A stretch of DNA of 64,000 bases from Cenarchaeum sp. Its GTDB lineage: Archaea; Thermoproteota; Nitrososphaeria; Nitrososphaerales; Nitrosopumilaceae. Under the pieces are notes generated by a model. It had not been told where the DNA came from, did no database searches, and saw nothing but the letters and a program-made list of their open reading frames with translations. Location of the stretch: assembly GCA_965212015.1 (NCBI GenBank), contig OZ243037.1:736001-800000 (forward strand). The letters are read 5' to 3'. The translations under genes and the position numbers were made by a program. Numbering within the stretch: the first letter of the stretch is position 1; each line of letters starts with the position of its first letter. Of this stretch, positions 38,956 through 49,354 are shown piece after piece.

Positions 38956-39258
38956 TCACTCTAGCTCGGAAATTGATTTCAGGTTGTCGTGGCACACCTT
39001 GTTGGAGTCAGTCCTGATAGAGTGATCGCCTCCGACTTTGACGAACCTCACCGCATCGCCAATGCTCCAGCTGGCGTTGCCGCCAAAGATGGTACAGTAC
39101 GACGCCCCTTTTTTCAGGTTTGCACTCAGCGTGTCCCTGTCGACTAGCTGCCCGCCCCCGATGTCCCCGCCCGTATCGGCATGCTGCATTACTTTGACCA
39201 GCCTTTTTTTGGAATCATACTTTGCCGCAGAGATCAAATAGTCCGCCCATTTTGCCAT
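38956..39258 (-). CDS. DUF3892-like protein
   Basis: ADYLISA..Y...IRTDSN....DNL. Confidence 0.6.
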   Translation of the reverse strand: MAKWADYLISAAKYDSKKRLVKVMQHADTGGDIGGGQLVDRDTLSANLKKGASYCTIFGGNASWSIGDAVRFVKVGGDHSIRTDSNKVCHDNLKSISELE

Positions 39259-39294
39259 GCGCGCAGTAAAGATGTTTGCAAATATAAATTATAA

Positions 39295-39885
39295 TCACGT
39301 GGCGCCTGATGCATCCTGGCTTATGTAGAATGTCTGCTCTTTTGCAACACTGACAAAGGTGTCAAATGTCAGCGGTTTGTCGAGCATCCTGTTTGGAAAT
39401 TCCGCGCCCACTATCTGGATTTGAAAGTGAAACAGGCCGCCCTGGAAGATTATCGGCCCACTTATCACCGGGTTGCTTTGGCCCTGCGCGTACAGCGCCC
39501 CGTTTATCGGGTGCGGCGTCCCATAGTATACGGTGCACCTCCACTGCACGGATTCGGGGCATCCGGCGATCGGCCGCACCTCCACGTTAAGCATCCCGTT
39601 TTCGGCATAAAAATAATTGTTGGCAAGCAGATCGCCGTGCTTGTAGATTGCCAGCTTGTAAGTCACGTTATCAAAGTTTTTCTGCGTGTCATTGTCAAAG
39701 AAATTCACGGTAAACCTTGCGTCATCAAGGGACTCTGCGGTGAGATCGGCCGGGTGAATCATGGTCGATATCGTGACGTTCCGGTCATCAAGGTTCAGCG
39801 TCACCTCGTCGTATGGCCCCCCGCCGTGCGCAAAGGCCGGCAATACCGCAAAGGCCAGGAAAAGCACCGCTAGCAGGTATAACAT
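39295..39885 (-). CDS. Secreted conserved protein
   Basis: Signal peptide ending PAFAHG; GPIIFQGGLFHFQI motif. Confidence 0.65.
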   Translation of the reverse strand: MLYLLAVLFLAFAVLPAFAHGGGPYDEVTLNLDDRNVTISTMIHPADLTAESLDDARFTVNFFDNDTQKNFDNVTYKLAIYKHGDLLANNYFYAENGMLNVEVRPIAGCPESVQWRCTVYYGTPHPINGALYAQGQSNPVISGPIIFQGGLFHFQIQIVGAEFPNRMLDKPLTFDTFVSVAKEQTFYISQDASGAT

Positions 39886-39934
39886 CGCACATCGGTGCCT
39901 CACGAGTTATAATAAATGTATTTTGCGTCCCGGG

Positions 39935-41620
39935 TTACGCCTGACTCTTTCTTTGATCCCGCCACCTGGTGCGCTCGCCCTTTACCCAGAGGAATTTTTT
40001 TTGCAGTGCCGACGTGTACAGCTTTTCCCATTCCGCCCCGACCTCGTCGGTCCACGCCTTAAAGACGCGCGGATCTATATAGTTTCGAAGCGACGTTCCG
40101 AGGTTAAAGTCCTTGGTCTGTTCAGTCAGGGAGATCTGCAGGCTGAGCTTTTCTTTTCTTGTCTCGTGCCTCTGCTTTTGCATTTCAATCTGCTCGTGCA
40201 GCTTTGTGATCCTTTTTTTCTTGTTGTTTTTCTGTACGGGGGTCTTTGGCTTTACGGACTCGGCTTTTTTGAGGCTGTCAAGTGTCTTTTGTGTGGGCGT
40301 GGTCTCGCCTTCAAGAATTTTTAGCCTGTCGCGCTTTTTTTGCAGCGACTGCTCAAATGTCTTTGGGATAGTCCTCTTGTGGTTGCACATGGTGGCTGCC
40401 TGCAAGTTGGCCATCTTTGCGCGGTAGAGCTTTTTGTGGGGGGCCTCTTTGTGTATCTTGTCGTATTTGGACAAGTATTCTGCGACCGTCGCAGTTGCCA
40501 GGTACGTCCTGAATACCTTGGCGGTAAGTCCCTTTACGATTCCCGAATAGTACCGGTTGACGTGCCTTGATGTAATGTCCTCAAATATGTCGTCCTTTGG
40601 TTTTTTCTTTTCTACCAGTCTTTTGAGGTTTGTCCGGAACTGCACGTCGTCGTCCTTTATGACCAGCTTCTCCTGCCACCTCACGCTGTCCTTGCCCAAA
40701 AAGTCAAACTCGATCGTGTCTTTCTTGATTATAATGTGCTCCTTTCTCAGAGTTGTGGCGCCGACCGTATCTGCCTCATCAGCATCCTTTTCGTCACCCA
40801 CCCTCATTGCGGTCCTGTTTATCAGATAGCATACGGTGGCAATCCTGCTTGTCGCGGGATTCCTGCTTTTCATGTCGCGCACTATGCTTCTTTTTACCTT
40901 GTCAATTCCCTTTGCAAGCTTTACTGCCTTTTCGTACTTTGCCTTGTCCCTGTCCTGCTTTAGTCCCGCAGAGTCTGCAAGCCAGACGTATTTTCTTTTT
41001 CGTGTGAGATAGTCAACCCAGCTTGCAAGCCACGTCGATTCCCCGTCGTGTATGATCTTTGCCCAGTTCCCCCCGGGCACCTTGGCATCAGAGCCGAGAT
41101 TCAGCGTAATGTCCCTTTGTGTGACGCGCGGCTTCCACCTGCCCCTGAGCGGGTGCTTCCCGCGTCCGATGAATATCCCCGGGGGTTCGGCCATATAGTT
41201 TCCGACATCCACGTCCTTTCCGTCCATTACCGCGACGCCGTACTGCGCCTTTAGCTTTTCGCGCATCTCCTTTCTGTCCCTTGCCTGCTTTTTTCTTGCC
41301 TCCTTTGACATCATATCCCTTTTGTCTTTTTCCTTGTCGACTAGTTTGTAGGCGACGGAAAAATCAATGTCATTGTATGACAGGTTTTTGAATTTCGGGC
41401 CAAACGTCTTTGCAAAGTCGGCCGTAAAGTTTTTTTGAAACACCCCGTCCTTGGCGTACGGCGTGTCCTTTTTTTTCGCCCACTGATAGACCATCTCCTC
41501 CTGGCCCAGATCGAGGGCAACAGGCCTGCCTTTGATCCTTATCTTTATCCCCTTGGTTTCAAACGCGGCGGGAATCAGTATTCCCCTGTGTTGCAGTGTC
41601 TTCCATTGTATCTTTTTCAT
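39935..41620 (-). CDS. DNA topoisomerase IB (eukaryote-like)
   Basis: WKTLQHRG, EPPGIFIGRGKHP, RVGDEKD, DTVGATTLR, FDFLGKDS, TAKVFRTY, CNHKR, TSLRNYIDPR. Confidence 0.95.
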   Translation of the reverse strand: MKKIQWKTLQHRGILIPAAFETKGIKIRIKGRPVALDLGQEEMVYQWAKKKDTPYAKDGVFQKNFTADFAKTFGPKFKNLSYNDIDFSVAYKLVDKEKDKRDMMSKEARKKQARDRKEMREKLKAQYGVAVMDGKDVDVGNYMAEPPGIFIGRGKHPLRGRWKPRVTQRDITLNLGSDAKVPGGNWAKIIHDGESTWLASWVDYLTRKRKYVWLADSAGLKQDRDKAKYEKAVKLAKGIDKVKRSIVRDMKSRNPATSRIATVCYLINRTAMRVGDEKDADEADTVGATTLRKEHIIIKKDTIEFDFLGKDSVRWQEKLVIKDDDVQFRTNLKRLVEKKKPKDDIFEDITSRHVNRYYSGIVKGLTAKVFRTYLATATVAEYLSKYDKIHKEAPHKKLYRAKMANLQAATMCNHKRTIPKTFEQSLQKKRDRLKILEGETTPTQKTLDSLKKAESVKPKTPVQKNNKKKRITKLHEQIEMQKQRHETRKEKLSLQISLTEQTKDFNLGTSLRNYIDPRVFKAWTDEVGAEWEKLYTSALQKKFLWVKGERTRWRDQRKSQA

Positions 41621-41880
41621 CTCAAAACAGCAGACTCTGACAAAAACCGCGTTTTACGCGTATATCAATTTAACGTGTGACGGCCCGTGCGGGGCCTGCC
41701 CGGTCACGCCTGACAGCCGCAACAGAGCTCACGCCTACGGGGTGATCGGGGCCGCATTTGCCAGAATGCAGAGTCGCGCGCCCGGCGCAAGTCACGGATC
41801 GAGCCGCAGCAAGACAGTCGGATCACACCGATGCCGTGCAGGACTTGCACAAGGAATTAGTCTGATTTTGACGCGATAGC

Positions 41881-42171
41881 CTATTTATCCAGCATTCCGA
41901 TTGCTTTACCATTAGCAGTACAAATCTCAAAGATTTGTTTTAATGAATGGCCACCTAGCCGCTTTTCCGTTTTTTTCTGACTTGCTTCCATACCGAATAG
42001 TCGGCCGCCAATTCCATCCAACTTTGCATTAACCACACTTATTTTTTTATGTGTTTTATCCAACTTTGAGCAGTTTATCTTGACTTGATTTCGTAGTTCT
42101 TTTACCTCGGTTTTTACGCCTTTAAAATCCGATTGTAAATTCTTTACCCATTTTGGTTTAACCTCACTCAT
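41881..42171 (-). CDS. AT-rich hypothetical coiled-coil protein
   Basis: 96-aa ORF with heptad pattern; composition differs from the flanks. Confidence 0.5.
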   Translation of the reverse strand: MSEVKPKWVKNLQSDFKGVKTEVKELRNQVKINCSKLDKTHKKISVVNAKLDGIGGRLFGMEASQKKTEKRLGGHSLKQIFEICTANGKAIGMLDK

Positions 42172-42411
42172 ATCCGATTACTATGGGTTATTACTTATAA
42201 TTTTACAACAATTGGCTTGCCTCGACGGCAAGTTGCCGAGACCCAAAACCAGTCAAAATCCCCCATACTCCTCAAAATGTGGAAAACCTCAGAATGCGAT
42301 CGCGGTGAACGGGGTTGAAAATCCGCCATGCCAAAAGACGCCGGCAGGCCATGCGCGGGATTGGTTTTTTTTTTATTTCCCGCCGCGTACCGTGCTACAG
42401 GCTTGCGCGTA

Positions 42412-43239
42412 TCAGCTCGGAAACAGCTCGGCACCCATGTATTTTTCAAATTCCAGATCCGTTTTCATCTTTTTTGCCTCCATGAACATTGCCGCGTCCG
42501 TTCCTACAATGTATCTTGGCTGCATCTCTTTGTCGTGAATCGCCTTTATTATTACCCTGGCCACCTCGGAGGGCTCTGTCCCCATCTGTACCATCATCTT
42601 TAGGCCCGCGTGGATGCGGTCAGTTATCTCTTTGTATTTTGGATCTGCCTGCGAGTCCGGAAGCCTCATCGAGTCGAAAAATCCCGTCTTTATCACGCCC
42701 GGCTCGATGAGAGTCGTCCTTATCCCGAACATTCCCAGCTCATACCGCAGGCATTCGCCCAGTCCCTCCAGCGCGAATTTTGAGCTGATATAGGCAGGCG
42801 AGCCGGGCAGCCCCATCCGTCCGCCCACAGAGCTAATGTTGACTATAATCCCAGAGCCCTGCCTTCGCATGACGGGGGCGACTTGCTGTATTATTCCCAC
42901 AATGCTAAAAAAGTTGGTCTCAAACTGCGCCCTGAACTGATCCACGGTGACGTCCTCGGTGCACCCAAACTGCCCGTATCCGGCATTATTCACCAGCACG
43001 TCTATCGTCCCGCCGTCGGATATTTTTTTGACTGCAGAGGCGACGGATTCTGCCCTGTCTACGTCCATGTACGTGATCTCCACGGGGAGGCCCTCCCGCT
43101 GTACGGTTTTTTCCAGCTCGGATGATTTTGCAGTGTCGCGCATGCCGGCAAACGTGTGATAGCCGTCCCTCGCAAGCGCCAGGACGGTCTCTAGGCCGAT
43201 TCCCGACGAGCTTCCCGTGACCAGAGCCCTGCCGTTCAT
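42412..43239 (-). CDS. Short-chain dehydrogenase/reductase
   Basis: TGSSSGIG, NNAG, YISSK (YxxxK). Confidence 0.93.
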   Translation of the reverse strand: MNGRALVTGSSSGIGLETVLALARDGYHTFAGMRDTAKSSELEKTVQREGLPVEITYMDVDRAESVASAVKKISDGGTIDVLVNNAGYGQFGCTEDVTVDQFRAQFETNFFSIVGIIQQVAPVMRRQGSGIIVNISSVGGRMGLPGSPAYISSKFALEGLGECLRYELGMFGIRTTLIEPGVIKTGFFDSMRLPDSQADPKYKEITDRIHAGLKMMVQMGTEPSEVARVIIKAIHDKEMQPRYIVGTDAAMFMEAKKMKTDLEFEKYMGAELFPS

Positions 43240-43312
43240 TGCATATTTCAGGGTACTTGCCGTATTTATCACATTTGCATCCCGAAAAAGGCTGTGCCGG
43301 CCGAAGGATGTG

Positions 43313-43404
43313 TGCCGGGGGTGGGTTTCGAACCCACGACCTCCAGATTATGAGTATTGCCTTTGTGGAAGCTGGCACTCTAGGCCAGGCTGAGCTACCC
43401 CGGC
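43313..43404 (-). tRNA. tRNA-Met (CAT), probably elongator, with a 16-nt intron at 43356-43371
   Basis: GCCGGGGTAGCTCAGCCTGGCCTAGAGTGCCAG[CTTCCACAAAGGCAAT]ACTCATAATCTGGAGGTCGTGGGTTCGAAACCCACCCCCGGCA; removing the insert restores the CCAGA/TCTGG stem. Confidence 0.88.
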
Positions 43405-43500
43405 ATGAACTAGTGCAAAATCCCAAACAAATTAAACCATTCTAAACGCCGGTTTTGGGAATCCCGGTGCGATGGCCGCGCGCAGGCATAAAAAAAAGGG

Positions 43501-43758
43501 TCAGGGGCAGCCTTCCATCTTTTGGATAAAGTACCCGTCCTTCTCTATTGCCTGTGCCACCGGTTCGGGGGCCGACTGCGAGTGGCAGAACTGGCATTCG
43601 TTTTGCGTCATTGTCGACTCGCCCTCGCCAATAGTCTGCAGCCACTGTTTTCCATACTCGATTGCCTTTTCGTGGTCCTTGTTGCCCGTAATGACATCAA
43701 AGTGCATGGTGTGGCCGTCCTTGGCCTTGACGTACGTGTCGTATACGTGGATTTCCAT
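43501..43758 (-). CDS. DUF2024-family protein
   Basis: VYDTYV...MHFDVI...CQFCH...GYFI. Confidence 0.85.
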   Translation of the reverse strand: MEIHVYDTYVKAKDGHTMHFDVITGNKDHEKAIEYGKQWLQTIGEGESTMTQNECQFCHSQSAPEPVAQAIEKDGYFIQKMEGCP

Positions 43759-43809
43759 GACGTATAATCAATACAGGCCATATTTAATTCAAAACCTTCG
43801 GATGCGCTT

Positions 43810-44208
43810 TCAGATGATCGCAATCTCGACTGTCCTTTGATCAGAGACGTACGCCCGGAAATCCCCGTTCAGGCCGGAATAAATCACCCACGCCACGGGG
43901 TTGACTAGCATGAATCTTTCGTCGGTCTTTGACGGGACTGCCGGCGAGTCCGGGTGGGAGTGGAATATTCCCACCATCTGCATGTTTTTTTGCTCCGCCC
44001 TGCCGTAGCATTCAATGACGTCCTTGTGCGAAATCGCAAAGCTGGTGCGTGATTTTTGCGCGTTTGCGGCAAATATAATCTCCCCTACCGTTGCCATATT
44101 CCCCCTGCTTGTCCCAAGCAGCATGGCGCACGATTCCTCTGGGGCAAGCAGTTCTGCGTGCCTTTTTAGCCGGTCCCTCTGGCTTTCGTCGATTGCTATG
44201 CCGTTCAA
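43810..44208 (-). CDS. JAB/MPN (Mov34) metalloprotease
   Basis: PEESCAML, GIFHSHP, PSKTD; start uncertain. Confidence 0.85.
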   Translation of the reverse strand: MNGIAIDESQRDRLKRHAELLAPEESCAMLLGTSRGNMATVGEIIFAANAQKSRTSFAISHKDVIECYGRAEQKNMQMVGIFHSHPDSPAVPSKTDERFMLVNPVAWVIYSGLNGDFRAYVSDQRTVEIAII

Positions 44209-44210
44209 TG

Positions 44211-45026
44211 CTACTCCGGAACGGTTTCTGGCCCGGAGCTGGTCACCGTGATGGAGGAGACCATCCACGGATGGACGCTGCAAAAGTACTCATAGTCGCC
44301 TGCCTCCAGATCCGCAGTATCTACTGTAAAGACGTCGTCTGCTATCATGAGCCCGGAATAAAACGCATCGCCTGCGTCAAGTGAGCTAGTCACGGTGTGC
44401 ACCACGCTGTCCTCGTTTGTCCACCGCACGACTGTCCCCTGTTCTACGGATGCAGCATCGGGATCATAGTCTGGCGCGCCCTGCACCACGGATCCCTCCA
44501 GTATGGCAATGTCGTAAAACTCTGCATCAGGCGCAATGACTTTTTCCTCCTCTACCTCCTCGGGCTCGTCGATAAGGTACGTGTCGGGCCCCACAAGGCC
44601 AAAGGCGACAAACGCGCCGACGCCGGCTATCGCCGCCAGAGCAAAGATTCCCCCTATCGGCCTCGTATACTGCGGCATTTTTGCCGCCACATACGCAATC
44701 ACGATTGCCGGCGTTGCAAGAATCATCATTACTGCCGCAAACGTCGGCACCGTGCTAATGGTGCTAAATGCCAGCGCCGTCATGCCAAACGAGAGCGCGA
44801 TGGATATCACCACCAGCGTGGTGGCCTTTGCGCGGTTGCTGGTGGAAACCCCGCCCTCCAGGATTCCCGCAGACAGGAATATCAGGCCCACAAACATGGT
44901 AAGGCCGGTAAGGGCGTGCATTCCGTCTATGAACGTGTGCGCAATTCCGGAATACGATATTATGACTCCGGCCAGGCCTATCGATGTGAGACCCATCCCG
45001 GGCATCATTAAATCCCAATTGCTCAT
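44211..45026 (-). CDS. Membrane protein with C-terminal cupredoxin (blue copper) domain
   Basis: About five TM helices; WTNEDSVVHTVT and YFCSVHPWM. Confidence 0.9.
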   Translation of the reverse strand: MSNWDLMMPGMGLTSIGLAGVIISYSGIAHTFIDGMHALTGLTMFVGLIFLSAGILEGGVSTSNRAKATTLVVISIALSFGMTALAFSTISTVPTFAAVMMILATPAIVIAYVAAKMPQYTRPIGGIFALAAIAGVGAFVAFGLVGPDTYLIDEPEEVEEEKVIAPDAEFYDIAILEGSVVQGAPDYDPDAASVEQGTVVRWTNEDSVVHTVTSSLDAGDAFYSGLMIADDVFTVDTADLEAGDYEYFCSVHPWMVSSITVTSSGPETVPE

Positions 45027-45121
45027 CTTCTGCCAGCTCGTCTGGTGCGAGATTACTTAATCGTTTTGAAAAGATCCCCTAGTCGAATACATTAAATCCC
45101 CACAGGCGATCCCCAAAGCAA

Positions 45122-45994
45122 TTGGTATTAAGAGAAATAATCGAGGTCTCAAAACCCCGAATCATCGTACTGCTGGTAATTACGGCAGTCACCTCGCTGT
45201 ATGCGGCCGACGAGCTCTCCGGCGCGCATGCCGGATACTGGGCGTACATACACCTGATAGTGGCCGGATCGCTTGCCTCTGCGGGCTCTAGCGCGCTTAA
45301 CCACTATTATGACAGGGACATCGATCCAAAGATGAAGAGGACCAGCACAAGGCCCATACCGTCCGGCAGGATCCGGGCGCGCTCCGTGCTGGCCTACGGC
45401 ATGGCGGCAAGTGCGGCGTCTGTGGCATACGGGTATTTCGCGCTAAACGAGCTTGCCGCGTTTTTTATCGCCCTCGGGATATTCTCGTACGTCATAATCT
45501 ATACCGTATGGCTCAAGCGCCTCAACACGTCGAACATAGTAATCGGGGGCATAGCCGGAAGCGCGGCATCGTGGGCAGGGTGGGCGTCTGCTACGGGATC
45601 GCTGGATCTTTTGGGGTTCATGGTCGGGCTGCTGGTCTTTGCGTGGACCCCGTCGCATTTCTGGTGCCTTGCAATGAAGATCAAAAGCGAATACGAGGAG
45701 GCAAATGTCCCGATGCTGCCAGTCGTAATCGGGATGCAAAAGACCTCAAGGTACATCCTGGCCAACACCATAATCCTGGTCCCGTACTCCCTTTTGCTTT
45801 ACGCCGCCGGCATGGGGCTGGTTTATGCCGCAATTGCCGCGGCAGCCGGCGGGCTGATGCTGGTATACCACTACAAGCTCACAAAGACGCCCACCCCGGA
45901 CTTTGCATGGAAGGCCTACAAGGTCACCGCGCCGTACCTTACGATAATTTTCGTGGCAGTGGCGCTGGATGCGGCGTTTAATTTCAGGATTTAA
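45122..45994 (+). CDS. ctaB: Protoheme IX farnesyltransferase (heme O synthase)
   Basis: KPRI, YDRDID..MKRT..RPIPSG, YTVWLKR, WTPSHFW. Confidence 0.92.
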   Translation: MVLREIIEVSKPRIIVLLVITAVTSLYAADELSGAHAGYWAYIHLIVAGSLASAGSSALNHYYDRDIDPKMKRTSTRPIPSGRIRARSVLAYGMAASAASVAYGYFALNELAAFFIALGIFSYVIIYTVWLKRLNTSNIVIGGIAGSAASWAGWASATGSLDLLGFMVGLLVFAWTPSHFWCLAMKIKSEYEEANVPMLPVVIGMQKTSRYILANTIILVPYSLLLYAAGMGLVYAAIAAAAGGLMLVYHYKLTKTPTPDFAWKAYKVTAPYLTIIFVAVALDAAFNFRI

Positions 45995-46028
45995 AAAGGC
46001 ACGGCGGGGATTTGCGGCGGTTTTTGCG

Positions 46029-46844
46029 CTAGAATCCCAGCTTGCTCATCTGTCTCAGTCCGCGCCTGCCCAGCCGCACAAAGACTGCCGGCTTTTTGTA
46101 TTTTTTTATGGTTATCGGCTCGCCGAATCCGACTGACTTTACGACCTGCGCATCCATCACCACGCTGCAGTCGTGCGAGCAGATTACCTGGACTTTCTCG
46201 TCGGGCACGACGATTGATGCCAGCCTGTATACGGGCGCCATCGGGGTTATTATCAGCACGTCAAGGCTCTCGTGCAGGATTGGGCCGCCCAGCGAGAAGG
46301 AATGCCCGGTAGATCCGCTAGGAGTCGACACTATCACCCCGTCCATTTTCTGCCTTACCGTGTCGTCCTGGAATTTTATCTCAATCTCTGCGGTCTTTGT
46401 GAGGTTCTTTCTCTGAATCAGTATCTCGTTTAGCGCCGGCGGAAACTCTTCTTTTCCGCAGGACGCAGTCACCCGGGTGCGCCTCTCCAGGATTATCTTT
46501 CCGGAGCGGATCTGCCTGAGGGCCAGGTCCAGCTCGTCTAGCGTTATCTCAGACAGGATTCCCCTGTTTCCCCCCACGTTGATTGTAAGTACGGGAGTCT
46601 CGTTTTCCATGTTTCTAAACGCCCTGAGCGTGGTGCCGTCCCCCCCGAGTGTCACTACCAGGTCCAGCTTTATCTTTTTCAGGTCGGCTATTGACTCTAT
46701 TCTGTTTACCCTGTCCACCGGAATCTCCGATGTCGCATATACGGCGCATTTTATCGCAAGGAGCTTTTTTGCCACCTTTTTTGCCGCGTCATCTGCCGGT
46801 TTGGAGCCGAATTTGCCCACTATTGCCACTTTGCGTAGTTTCAA
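46029..46844 (-). CDS. NAD+ kinase
   Basis: GGDGT, LNE, DGVIVSTPSGSTGHSFSLGGP. Confidence 0.92.
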   Translation of the reverse strand: MKLRKVAIVGKFGSKPADDAAKKVAKKLLAIKCAVYATSEIPVDRVNRIESIADLKKIKLDLVVTLGGDGTTLRAFRNMENETPVLTINVGGNRGILSEITLDELDLALRQIRSGKIILERRTRVTASCGKEEFPPALNEILIQRKNLTKTAEIEIKFQDDTVRQKMDGVIVSTPSGSTGHSFSLGGPILHESLDVLIITPMAPVYRLASIVVPDEKVQVICSHDCSVVMDAQVVKSVGFGEPITIKKYKKPAVFVRLGRRGLRQMSKLGF

Positions 46845-47207
46845 GCAGAGACTGTTGTTCTGATTTGCTTAATAATCATAGCTAAAAACGGCGCCATAAG
46901 GGCAGATGCCGGCCAAAAACACCACGAATTTGGGAGCAGGGCAATCTCAAAAATCAGGATGAATTGGTGCCCAATCCGCGGCGCAAGTTTTCCAGACTAC
47001 AGTTGTGGCAGTCAGCGGCACGCGTGCTCTGGTGCATTAGCGCCGGATTTCACTGCGGTGTTGCATACGCCGGATTTCAGACTTTGATGATTTTACGCCC
47101 AAATCTAGAGTTTGATCGCATATGGCAAGCCACTCACAGACATGATTTCCTCCGGTTAGAAGTTTGGTTGAAAAAAACCGCCCGGAAAGACGGGCAGGTC
47201 GGTGGAA

Positions 47208-48548
47208 TTATTCGCCTTTTACCAGGACCCAGCAACCGTCGTTCTTTCCAAACGATGTCCACGCAAAGTCGTGCCTCTTTAGCACATCATCAATCATGTG
47301 CCACATGTCCCCCCTCATCCAGGTCTTTGGGACGACCCTGCAGGAATCCTCACTGTTGAACACATTGACGTATTTTATTTTTCCACCAAGCTCCAGAATG
47401 AACTGTGGCTTTTTCATGTCATCTCGACGGTCGAGCAGGCTGGCAATCTTGTCCTCGCCCAGGTCCCCACAAATTCCGGCTGCCTCTGCCGGGGTCTTTC
47501 CGCCAAGCCCCATGTGTGGCCTTATAAAATTGTGGTAAATCTGCAGCATCTCCACAAAGCCCTGGGCGGACTCGTCGTTTCCAAGCCCGCGCCGTGTCTT
47601 CAAGTTCTCGCGAATCTCATTGTGATATCGCTCAACCGGCCTGTTCGTAAAGCCGTCCCGGATGGCCTTTGTCTCGATGTGGGCAACCCTGTCATTGAAC
47701 TCCTTTTGTATGGCAGACTTGTATGACTGGAGCGAGTCGCTGATCACATAGTTTGGAATAGGACACCCTGTCTCCTTTGCCTTGCCTATTATTTTTCGTG
47801 CATCCACGATCTCCCGTTTTTTTGAGACCTGGGTTGCAATCATGAAACGTGTGTGCGGATCAATTATGTTCCACAGCCACACATGGAACCCCTTTGCCAG
47901 TTTTTCGGTTTTCTTGACCTTCACGACTGCCTCGTCAATCGACCACACGTCGGAGGTTTCGGGCATCAGGGTATCGGTGTATTCTTTGATCATCCGGGTA
48001 TAGTTCCTTACCCATCGTATTATTGTGGTGTGGGCCACCTTGACGGAATGCGTCTTTTCAATCTGTCTTGCAATGTTCCTTGATGAGACACCCCTCATAA
48101 GCAGATACATGGCATCCATGATTGTCTCCGGATCTGCCCTGTGGCCGGCAAACCCCTTTGGCAGCAGGACAGACTCTGCATTGCATTTCTTGCATACGTA
48201 TCGCTGCCTCTTCACTCCCGTTTCCAGGCCCCTTGTCCCGTTTTTGTTGAATATGGTAGACTTGCAGCCGATACAGAAATAATCCACCTCTCGCCTTTCA
48301 ATCCCCCTTTCCGCGTATAACTTTTCACGGTGCAGTATGCACGCCTCTATGTGGTAGCAGAGTCTCTCGCGCCCCTCACTACGGGTAATGTTGTAGTGAA
48401 AATGCTTGCAGTCACAGTACCAGATGTGGCTTTTTGGCACGCGCTGTATCGTGTATGATTTTGCCGGGTCTGACTGTGAATCGACCCCAAAACGGTCCTT
48501 TGTGATCTGCCTTACAGAATATGATTTTACCTGTTCGTCTCCATTCAT
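47208..48548 (-). CDS. IS6-family DDE transposase with N-terminal SWIM finger and Zn ribbon
   Basis: CDC...CYH (SWIM); CIGC..QRYVCKKC; WSIDE, WNIID, ISD, NRPVER, HNFIRPH..LGGKTPAE. Confidence 0.9.
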   Translation of the reverse strand: MNGDEQVKSYSVRQITKDRFGVDSQSDPAKSYTIQRVPKSHIWYCDCKHFHYNITRSEGRERLCYHIEACILHREKLYAERGIERREVDYFCIGCKSTIFNKNGTRGLETGVKRQRYVCKKCNAESVLLPKGFAGHRADPETIMDAMYLLMRGVSSRNIARQIEKTHSVKVAHTTIIRWVRNYTRMIKEYTDTLMPETSDVWSIDEAVVKVKKTEKLAKGFHVWLWNIIDPHTRFMIATQVSKKREIVDARKIIGKAKETGCPIPNYVISDSLQSYKSAIQKEFNDRVAHIETKAIRDGFTNRPVERYHNEIRENLKTRRGLGNDESAQGFVEMLQIYHNFIRPHMGLGGKTPAEAAGICGDLGEDKIASLLDRRDDMKKPQFILELGGKIKYVNVFNSEDSCRVVPKTWMRGDMWHMIDDVLKRHDFAWTSFGKNDGCWVLVKGE

Positions 48549-48702
48549 ACGGCATCACCCGGAATAGTCGAACCTCTATGGTTTGTGTTTTCCTTTTTGT
48601 TTGTCTTTATTGTTTTCATGCCTTACTATACGTCTAAAGTGTATATATACCTATTCATACTATTAGCAATACGTATATATACTATTTTGCCATAATACTG
48701 GC

Positions 48703-48846
48703 GTGAGCCTGAAAGTGCGGGGGGATTACTGGGAACATGAGTGCAACAGGTGCAACTATGTGTGGTACAGCACAAAGGAGGAACCCAGGGTGTGCACCAA
48801 CTGCAAGTCGCCGTACTGGAACAAGGAACGTATCCGTAATTTATAG
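48703..48846 (+). CDS. 47-aa Zn-ribbon protein divergent from the transposase
   Basis: Manual translation from GTG: MSLKVRGDYWEHECNRCNYVWYSTKEEPRVCTNCKSPYWNKERIRNL. Confidence 0.7.
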   Translation: MSLKVRGDYWEHECNRCNYVWYSTKEEPRVCTNCKSPYWNKERIRNL

Positions 48847-48994
48847 AGGCGATAAATCCGCATGATCAAATTCGGAATAAAGCAACAAGCTTTGTAATGA
48901 ACGTTTAGATCGATACACTGAGGCAAAAAAACTGGTTTAGTTATCTAGAAAGTTTAACAAAAATTCAGATATGTGGGTAGAAATAACAAGATGA

Positions 48995-49354
48995 ATGGTT
49001 TGGGAACATGAGCGTCGTTCTGGAATAATTATTGGCATGCCATTAGCGTTAGCAATATTCATTACAGAAATTGTGTTATTGGGAGCGATTAAAATCACGG
49101 AGTTTTGGCAACAAGCTGCAATCAGCTTGGGAATTCCAGCCTTAATTACTTTAAGTGTCGTCTTAGGAACTATGTGGCGGAGTAAAAATGATCAAAAGGC
49201 AATCATGGATGCCCTGACAGATCCTCCCAGAGAGGGCGAAACCAAAAGGACTAACAAGCTGGACCGACTGGGAAATATCTTGAATGAGCATACGGCTATT
49301 TTGACTGAGATTCGGGACTTGTTGCGCCAGAATCGCGGCCAAAACACCTCCTGA
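48995..49354 (+). CDS. Two-TM membrane passenger protein with C-terminal coiled coil
   Basis: Two hydrophobic helices; lies between the TIRs. Confidence 0.7.
   Translation: MVWEHERRSGIIIGMPLALAIFITEIVLLGAIKITEFWQQAAISLGIPALITLSVVLGTMWRSKNDQKAIMDALTDPPREGETKRTNKLDRLGNILNEHTAILTEIRDLLRQNRGQNTS

Noticed and set aside
39935-41620. Eukaryote-like topoisomerase IB as a novelty or contamination
   Set aside because: Established feature of Thaumarchaeota, here embedded among archaeal genes
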